From assembly GCA_003133025.1 (NCBI GenBank), contig PKZK01000198.1:1-21883 (forward strand): 21,883 bases of DNA, read 5' to 3'. Source of the stretch: Vulcanimicrobiota bacterium. GTDB taxonomy: Bacteria > Vulcanimicrobiota > Vulcanimicrobiia > Vulcanimicrobiales > Vulcanimicrobiaceae. This document shows positions 14,718 through 21,883 of the stretch, one piece after another (within the stretch, counting starts at the first letter, position 1; each line of letters begins with the position of its first letter). The notes below the pieces were generated by a model. That model was not told where the DNA came from. It saw only the letters and a list, made by a program, of their open reading frames with translations, and made no database searches. A program made the position numbers and the translations under genes.

Positions 14718-16325
14718 TCACATTCTAAAGACGCCGAAATGCGTTTCGCGCGGCGCGGCGTAGGCCGCGCACTCGAGTCCGAGCGCTAGGACCTTACGCG
14801 TGTCGAGCGGATCGATGACGCCGTCGTCCCACAGTCTCGCGCTCGAATAGTACGGATTGCCCTCGCGTTCGTACTTTTCGAGAATAGGCTCTTGGAACAG
14901 CGTCTGCTCTGCGGGCGACATCGTGCGCCCCTTTATCTTTTCGGCATCGAGACGCACGGTCAATAGCGTCGACGCGGCTTGCGCGCCGCCCATCACCGAA
15001 ATGCGCGCGTTGGGCCACATCCAAAGTTGCCTCGGCGAGTAAGCCCGGCCGCACATCCCGTAATTGCCGGCCCCGAAGCTCCCGCCGATCACGACGGTAA
15101 ACTTCGGCACCTCGGCGCACGCGACCGCGGTGACCAGCTTTGCGCCGTCCTTGGCGATGCCTCGATTCTCGTACTCTTTACCGACCATGAACCCGGTAAT
15201 GTTCTGCAGGAAGACGAGCGGCGTGCCGCGCTGCGCGCAGAGCTCGATGAAGTGCGCGCCCTTGAGCGCGCTCTCGGAGAAGAGGATGCCGTTGTTGGCC
15301 ACGATGCCCACGACGTGGCCCTCGATGCGCGCGAACCCGCAGACCAGCGTCGAGCCGTAGCGTGATTTGAATTCGTGGAAGAGCGAACCGTCGACGATGC
15401 GCGCGATCACCTCGCGCACGTCGTAACCGATGCGCGGGTCGCGCGAGACGATGCCGTAGATCTCCGCTGCGGCATAGGCCGGGGGAGCGGGCTCGACGTC
15501 GTCGCGCCGCCGCTCGGGCGGTGCAGCGAGGTTGGCCACGGCGGAGCGCACGATCGCGAGCGCGTGCTCGTCGTCGACCGCGAAGTGATCGGCCACGCCC
15601 GAAATGCGCGTATGCACGTCGGCGCCGCCGAGCGCCTCGGCCGTAACCACTTCGCCGGTCGCTGCCTGCACCAGCGGCGGACCGCCCAGAAAGATCGTGC
15701 CGTACCCGGCCACGATCACCGTTTCGTCCGACATCGCGGGCACGTACGCGCCGCCGGCGGTGCACGAGCCCATCACCGCGGCGATCTGCGGAATGCCCTC
15801 GCCCGACATGCGTGCCTGATTGTAGAAGATGCGGCCGAAATGGTCGCGGTCGGGAAAGACCTCGTCTTGCATCGGCAAGAACGCACCGCCCGAGTCGACC
15901 AGGTAAATGCACGGCAAGTGGTTCTGCTGGGCGATCTCCTGGGCGCGCAGATGCTTCTTAACGGTCAGCGGGAAGTACGTGCCGCCCTTGACCGTTGCGT
16001 CGTTGGCGATCACCACGCAATGCCGGCCTTCGACGGTTACGATGCCGGTCACGATGCCTGCCGCGGGCGCTTCGTCGCCGTAGACGCCGCCCGCCGCGAG
16101 CGCCGAGAACTCCAAGAAGGGCGCGAGCGGGTCGGCCAGCCGGTCGATCCGCTCGCGCGCCGTCAGCTTGCCGCGTTTTCGATGCCGGGCCAGCGCCTCG
16201 GGGCCGCCCCCGCGGCGCACGCGCGCCAAACGATCGCGCAGGTCGGCGACCTGGGCCGAAAGGTGCGCGGCATTGGCGCGGAACTCCGCGCCGTCGCGGT
16301 CCGCCCGCGATTCCAGCAACTTCAT
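14718..16325 (-). CDS. liuB: 3-methylcrotonyl-CoA carboxylase beta (carboxyltransferase) subunit
   Basis: [75 protein letters not shown] and FGVFRM. Start MKLLESR at 16325. Confidence 0.94.
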   Translation of the reverse strand: MKLLESRADRDGAEFRANAAHLSAQVADLRDRLARVRRGGGPEALARHRKRGKLTARERIDRLADPLAPFLEFSALAAGGVYGDEAPAAGIVTGIVTVEGRHCVVIANDATVKGGTYFPLTVKKHLRAQEIAQQNHLPCIYLVDSGGAFLPMQDEVFPDRDHFGRIFYNQARMSGEGIPQIAAVMGSCTAGGAYVPAMSDETVIVAGYGTIFLGGPPLVQAATGEVVTAEALGGADVHTRISGVADHFAVDDEHALAIVRSAVANLAAPPERRRDDVEPAPPAYAAAEIYGIVSRDPRIGYDVREVIARIVDGSLFHEFKSRYGSTLVCGFARIEGHVVGIVANNGILFSESALKGAHFIELCAQRGTPLVFLQNITGFMVGKEYENRGIAKDGAKLVTAVACAEVPKFTVVIGGSFGAGNYGMCGRAYSPRQLWMWPNARISVMGGAQAASTLLTVRLDAEKIKGRTMSPAEQTLFQEPILEKYEREGNPYYSSARLWDDGVIDPLDTRKVLALGLECAAYAAPRETHFGVFRM

Positions 16326-16373
16326 TCCGGCGCCGTTCGAGCAAGTGTGACGACGCTCCGGCCGCCTTGCGGG

Positions 16374-16389
16374 CATCGATTAATCGATG
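16374..16389. promoter_or_regulatory. Perfect 16-bp palindrome CATCGATTAATCGATG in the divergent intergenic region (candidate operator)
   Basis: AT-rich perfect inverted repeat between the divergent liuB and DUF1800 starts. Confidence 0.4.
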
Positions 16390-16446
16390 GTTAAATTGAG
16401 CTGAGCGGCTGATGAGCCACGAAAAAACTTCGTTACGAGGCCACTT

Positions 16447-17925
<1,479 letters not shown>

Positions 17926-17935
17926 GAGAACGACC

Positions 17936-19153
17936 GTGAAGCGCAGCCGCTTTCTCTTGGGATCCGTTGCGGGTCTGACCGTCGCCGCGAACACCGACTC
18001 GCTATTCGCGCGCGCGCTCGCCGCCGCGCCGCTGCCGGGTTTGCCCGGCGACGACCGGGTGCTGGTCGTGATCAACCTGCAAGGCGGCAACGACGGCTTG
18101 AACACGGTCGTGCCGCACGGCATGGAACAGTACTATCGCTATCGCCCCACGCTCGCCGTTCCGCGCGGCGACGTGCTCCAAATCGACCGGAACGTGGGCC
18201 TCAATCCCGCGCTGCGTTCGCTCAAGGGCATGTTCGATGCGGGCAAAGTGGCGATCGTTCAAGGCGCCGGATATCCCCAGCCCGATCACTCGCACTTCCG
18301 TTCGACGGAGATCTGGCAGACGGCCGCGCCGGATCGCATCGAGCGCACCGGCTGGCTCGGACGCTATCTCGATTCCGCCGGCATGCCGGAGAACAATCTC
18401 TTCAACGCGGTCGCGTTGGCGCAGGTCATGCCCGAGGCGTTCGTCGCGCGCAAGGTCGACGTGCCCGCCATCGGCGCGTTTCGAGGCTACGGCTTGTCGA
18501 GCGACAAGCAGGCTTCCACGAAGGCCGCCTTCGCCTCGCTCGTGCGCGACGAACGCGTACCCTTCGATTCACCGTATCTCGGGCGCGTTGCCGAAATCGA
18601 AGATCACGCGCAGCGCGGCTCGCAGGAATTGCCCAGCCTGATCGGCGGTTACAAGACGACCGCCGCGTATCCGGCCACGGGCATCGGGCGCAGTCTGGCG
18701 TTGGCCGCGCAGATGATCGGCAGCCGTCTCGGGACCCGCGTCATCTACGTGCAGCACGGTTCGTTCGACACGCATGCGGCCCAGCGCGGCACCCAGGATC
18801 GTTTGCTGCAAGAACTCTCCGACGGGCTCAAGGCCTTCTACGACGATCTCGCCGAGCACGGCAACGATACGCGGACGCTGACGATGACCTTCTCGGAGTT
18901 CGGTCGGCGCGTCGCCGAGAACGCCAGCCGCGGCACCGATCACGGCGAAGCGAGCCCGATGTTCGTGGTCGGCGGGGGCGTGCGCGGCGGACTTTTCGGC
19001 GCGCATCCGTCGCTCGATGAACTCGACAACGGCGACGTCGTGTACACGGTCGATTTCCGCAGCGTGTACGCGACGATTCTGGAAAAGTGGATGGGGCGTC
19101 CCAGCCGCGAGATCCTGGCCGGCGAGTTTTCGCTCGTTCCGTTGCTGGCGTAA
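17936..19153 (+). CDS. DUF1501 domain protein (Tat-like N-terminus)
   Basis: SD AGGAG plus GTG start. Motifs LVVINLQGGNDGLNTVVP, HSHFRSTEIW, GSFDTH, FSEFGRR..EN...GTDHG and DFRSVYAT. Confidence 0.92.
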   Translation: MKRSRFLLGSVAGLTVAANTDSLFARALAAAPLPGLPGDDRVLVVINLQGGNDGLNTVVPHGMEQYYRYRPTLAVPRGDVLQIDRNVGLNPALRSLKGMFDAGKVAIVQGAGYPQPDHSHFRSTEIWQTAAPDRIERTGWLGRYLDSAGMPENNLFNAVALAQVMPEAFVARKVDVPAIGAFRGYGLSSDKQASTKAAFASLVRDERVPFDSPYLGRVAEIEDHAQRGSQELPSLIGGYKTTAAYPATGIGRSLALAAQMIGSRLGTRVIYVQHGSFDTHAAQRGTQDRLLQELSDGLKAFYDDLAEHGNDTRTLTMTFSEFGRRVAENASRGTDHGEASPMFVVGGGVRGGLFGAHPSLDELDNGDVVYTVDFRSVYATILEKWMGRPSREILAGEFSLVPLLA

Positions 19154-19181
19154 CTGCCGCAGGCACGGGAGCACGCGCAGA

Positions 19182-19212
19182 GAGCGCGAAGGGCGCTGAA
19201 CCTTTCGCGCTC
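19182..19212. other. 12-bp stem-loop between DUF1501 and the next gene
   Basis: GAGCGCGAAGGG-CGCTGAA-CCTTTCGCGCTC, with no U-tract. Confidence 0.4.
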
Positions 19213-19226
19213 GCCGGAGTTCACCG

Positions 19227-20075
19227 TTGCCTCGTCGCCTCGCTCGTCTCGCCGGATCGGCCGCCGTCCTGGCCACGCTGCTCGTGCATGCGTTGCTGCA
19301 GGCGGTGCCCGCGATTGCGGCCGCGCCGCCGACGCAGACTCCGTGCGCCGGCGCGCCGGCGGTCGACGACCCGGCGCCTTCGTTCGTGGATGCGTTTGCC
19401 CAGCCGCTCGCGGACGGCGCCGTGCTCGCGTTGACCGCCCGGATCGTTCGCGCGCCGCAGGACGCGCGCGCCGCGCTGCTGGAGTCGGTGAAGCATCCGC
19501 CGTCGGCAGCGGTGCGCGCCGCGGTGGATCGCGCCGTTCGTGCGAAGTGTGCCGCGCCGCTCATCTCGCAGGCCGCGGTTCGCGCGGCCAACGAACTCGC
19601 CGTCGTCTGGTCGGATCTGCCCTCCGACCGCGTCGACGCTTACATTGCCCAGCGTCTGATTTTCGCGCTAGCCGCCGAAGCCGTACGCGACGCGTTGCCC
19701 GCGGAGACGCTCGCCGCGGCGCTCGACGGTGCGGTGCCGCCCGCCGAAGGTCCGCCCCTCGCGCCGCCGGCTTCGTGCACGGCCGCCGATTCGATTCCCA
19801 AGGTCGTGCATGCCGTGCAACCGCAGTATCCGGCGAATCCCGCCGCCCTGCGCACGGGCGGCTCCGTGCGAGTCGAGGTGCAACTCGACGCGCAGGGTTT
19901 CGTTCGCTCGACGAAATTCCATGGCGCCACGTTCACGGCCGGCGACGGCGATCACGACGCGCTACGCGAATCGGCCCTCGTGTCGGCAGCATCGTCGACG
20001 TATGGCCCGACGACGGCAGGTTGTCCGATCGCGCCCGGGACCTATCTCTTTCGGGTTGATTTCCAAGTCCGTTGA
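19227..20075 (+). CDS. Exported protein with helical N-domain and C-terminal TonB-C-like domain (paralog 1)
   Basis: SD GGAG plus TTG start, signal peptide ending near AIA-AAP. C-terminal PQYP...GSVRVEVQLDAQGFV...A....TY.P.....Y.FRVDF resembles TonB_C. Confidence 0.75.
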   Translation: MPRRLARLAGSAAVLATLLVHALLQAVPAIAAAPPTQTPCAGAPAVDDPAPSFVDAFAQPLADGAVLALTARIVRAPQDARAALLESVKHPPSAAVRAAVDRAVRAKCAAPLISQAAVRAANELAVVWSDLPSDRVDAYIAQRLIFALAAEAVRDALPAETLAAALDGAVPPAEGPPLAPPASCTAADSIPKVVHAVQPQYPANPAALRTGGSVRVEVQLDAQGFVRSTKFHGATFTAGDGDHDALRESALVSAASSTYGPTTAGCPIAPGTYLFRVDFQVR

Positions 20076-20146
20076 CGGCTACGCCCGGTGACGGAAAGCG
20101 CCGCGCGCGGCGCGAAGCCCGAACCACCAACTTCCGGAGGTCGACC

Positions 20147-21028
20147 GTGCGAAGCTTCTCGTCGCGCCTTTTGCAGCGCTCCTCATGTGCCGTACTCACC
20201 GCCTTATTCGTAGGAGCGGCAGTGCCGGTCGCGGCGCAAACGCCCGCTCCGGCCGGCTCTGCAGCGCGGCAATGCGACGGCTTGCCCAAGGGCAACGCGA
20301 ACATCTCGAGCTTAAAGTTATTCGGTTATCCGATCGACGATGCCAGCTTGCTCTTGCTGATGCAAAACGTCGTGCACGCCGGACCCGCCGATCGGAAGGC
20401 GCTTTTGGATTCGGGCGGATCGCGAGATCCGAAGGTTCGCGAGCAGGTCGATGCGGCGGTGCGCAGCGCGTGCGTCGGCGAACTGGTCCGGTACGCGTCG
20501 TTGCGCGCCGCGGTCGAAACCGGATTTCAGTGGGAAACCGCCGACGATGCGCGTCTCGAAGCGTTCGTCAACGGTCCGCTGCTGGTGGCGATCGGTGCGG
20601 AAGCCGCACGCAATGCATTGCCCGACGACGTGCTCGCGGCCGCGCTGCACGGCATTCCGCTCGACGATCCGGGCCTCAGCGTGAACCCGGGCAATCCGCC
20701 ATGCACCGGGGCCGATAACGCCTGGGCCATTCGCGACGCCAAGGAGCCGCTCTATCCCAAGGCCGCGCTCAAGGCCGGCGAGATCGGCAGCGTCAAGCTC
20801 AACGTCGTCGTCGATTCCTCGGGCTTCGTCCGTTACGTCAAAGTCCGCCAGGTCGACGTCGACCTCGACCCGGCCAAGGGCGGCGGCGAGATGGTGTACG
20901 TCTCGCTGGTCGCCGCGGCCGCCGCGCGCTTCCGCCCCGGGAAGTCGACCTGCACCCCGGCGCCGGGCCTGGCCATCGTCAAGGTCGACTTCTCGTACAA
21001 CGGCGTGGCCATCGGCGAAAGCATCTAA
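20147..21028 (+). CDS. Exported protein with helical N-domain and C-terminal TonB-C-like domain (paralog 2)
   Basis: SD GGAGG before GTG 20147, in frame with the 20072 ORF. Signal peptide ends VAA-QTP. C-terminal PLYPKAA....IGSVKLNVVVDSSGFV...AA...RFRP...VKVDF. Confidence 0.8.
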   Translation: MRSFSSRLLQRSSCAVLTALFVGAAVPVAAQTPAPAGSAARQCDGLPKGNANISSLKLFGYPIDDASLLLLMQNVVHAGPADRKALLDSGGSRDPKVREQVDAAVRSACVGELVRYASLRAAVETGFQWETADDARLEAFVNGPLLVAIGAEAARNALPDDVLAAALHGIPLDDPGLSVNPGNPPCTGADNAWAIRDAKEPLYPKAALKAGEIGSVKLNVVVDSSGFVRYVKVRQVDVDLDPAKGGGEMVYVSLVAAAAARFRPGKSTCTPAPGLAIVKVDFSYNGVAIGESI

Positions 21029-21145
21029 CCGGTCAGCCGCCCGTTCCCGGCCGGCAACAATCTCTTTCGCGCCTCGAGGCCCGTGCGGGGAATGGTTTGC
21101 GGGAGAGCGGGGTGGGCGCAGTGCCCATAGGGAAGATACCCATGT

Positions 21146-21580
21146 ATGGACGAAACTGCGGCCTTTTTCGTCGGTCAGACCGCCTCGCTGCGCCGGACGG
21201 TCAGCGCGGCCGACGTCGAAGCCTTCGCGCGAGTCACCGGCGACACCAACCCGGTTCATTTGGATGAGGCCTACGCCGCATCGACGCGCTTCCATCATCG
21301 GATCGCCCACGGAATGCTGGCGGCCTCGTACATTTCGGCGCTGCTGGGAACCGAATTCCCCGGGCCCGGCACGATCTATATCAGCCAGAGCCTGACCTTT
21401 CTGCGGCCGGTCTACCTNNTGTCTGCGGCGGTGAGCACATTCCGTGCCGACAAGTCCATCCTGACCCTCGCGACCGCGGTGAAGAACCAACACGGCGATA
21501 CGGTCGTGTCCGGTGAGGCCGTCTGTCTGGTCTCCGATGTGGTCCGCTCCAACGCTCAATCCGGCGCCGCTGCCGGGTAA
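21146..21580 (+). CDS. MaoC family dehydratase / (R)-specific enoyl-CoA hydratase (PhaJ-like), NN gap at 21418-21419
   Basis: FARVTGDTNPVHLDEAYA, RIAHGML, LLGTEFPGPGTIYISQSLTFLRPV and VVSGEA. Confidence 0.92.
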   Translation: MDETAAFFVGQTASLRRTVSAADVEAFARVTGDTNPVHLDEAYAASTRFHHRIAHGMLAASYISALLGTEFPGPGTIYISQSLTFLRPVYXXSAAVSTFRADKSILTLATAVKNQHGDTVVSGEAVCLVSDVVRSNAQSGAAAG

Positions 21581-21595
21581 AGGGCGCACCTTTTG

Positions 21596-21624
21596 TTGAC
21601 AAGGCGTACACCTATGTGTAAAAT
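21596..21624 (+). promoter_or_regulatory. Near-consensus sigma70 promoter with overlapping inverted repeat TACAC-N4-GTGTA
   Basis: TTGACA (21596-21601), 17-bp spacer, TAAAAT (21619-21624) preceded by TGTG. The palindrome spans 21607-21620. Confidence 0.8.
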
Positions 21625-21636
21625 GCACCTAGAGGC

Positions 21637-21883
21637 ATGAAGAACGCTGTGGGACCCCGGGGCGCGGCTCCGGACGACGACGACGAGTCGCACGAAGCAT
21701 CTCACGGCAAGGCCGAAGCGGGTTTGCCCCCGCGCGGAACTCCCAAGAATTACCTCATGGCGAGGCTGCTCGTGATGCTCAAGGATCACAACCAGCACGG
21801 GTACGAGATCATGAAGGCGCTCAAAGAGAACTTCGCCGTCGTGTCGGATACGGAAACCGTCTATCGAGCGCTTCGGCAACACG
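21637..21883 (+). CDS. PadR family regulator, PhaQ-like (PHB-responsive repressor), 3'-truncated; absent from the ORF track
   Basis: ATG 21637 follows AGAGG. Translation MKNAVG...GTPKNYLMARLLVMLKDHNQHGYEIMKALKENFAVVSDTETVYRALRQ contains the PadR HGY/VYR.LR pattern and a PKN motif recalled from Bacillus PhaQ. Confidence 0.85.
   Translation, partial: MKNAVGPRGAAPDDDDESHEASHGKAEAGLPPRGTPKNYLMARLLVMLKDHNQHGYEIMKALKENFAVVSDTETVYRALRQH

Noticed and set aside
16409..16440. Hammerhead ribozyme-like core CTGATGAG...CGAAA
   Set aside because: Stem II is essentially absent, and no stem I/III pairing with a valid NUH cleavage site can be built.
21556..21882. 108-aa minus-strand ORF at the window end
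   Set aside because: It is antisense to the PadR/PhaQ-like gene, which has promoter, SD and family motifs.

Overview
GC-rich bacterial window, probably a metagenome-assembled scaffold: it has three NN gaps (6278-6279, 12426-12427, 21418-21419) and both terminal genes are truncated. The gene style suggests Eremiobacterota/Vulcanimicrobiota, but this is inference only. Left part: 5'-truncated ilvC, leaderless msrB, and a sigma70 promoter driving an M-box (ykoK) Mg2+ riboswitch with a terminator. The riboswitch is followed by three tiny coupled ORFs missing from the ORF track, not by a Mg transporter. Next come a beta-rich lipoprotein and a minus-strand operon (liuC-liuD-liuE, class V PLP enzyme, methyltransferase, amidohydrolase). 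Middle part: a cytochrome b plus Tat-lipoprotein molybdoenzyme pair, an EamA exporter, and a 519-aa helical-repeat/LuxR-HTH regulator. Directly upstream of the regulator is a 99-aa lipoprotein-type precursor with three copies of DTLGGGPV, a candidate peptide-signalling pair. Right part: liuB, DUF1800/DUF1501, two paralogous secreted proteins ending in a TonB-C-like domain, a MaoC/PhaJ hydratase, and the start of a PhaQ-like PadR repressor with a strong promoter and candidate operator. The two best leads are the repeat-peptide/regulator pair (12568-14530) and the M-box-controlled small-protein cassette (1450-2166).
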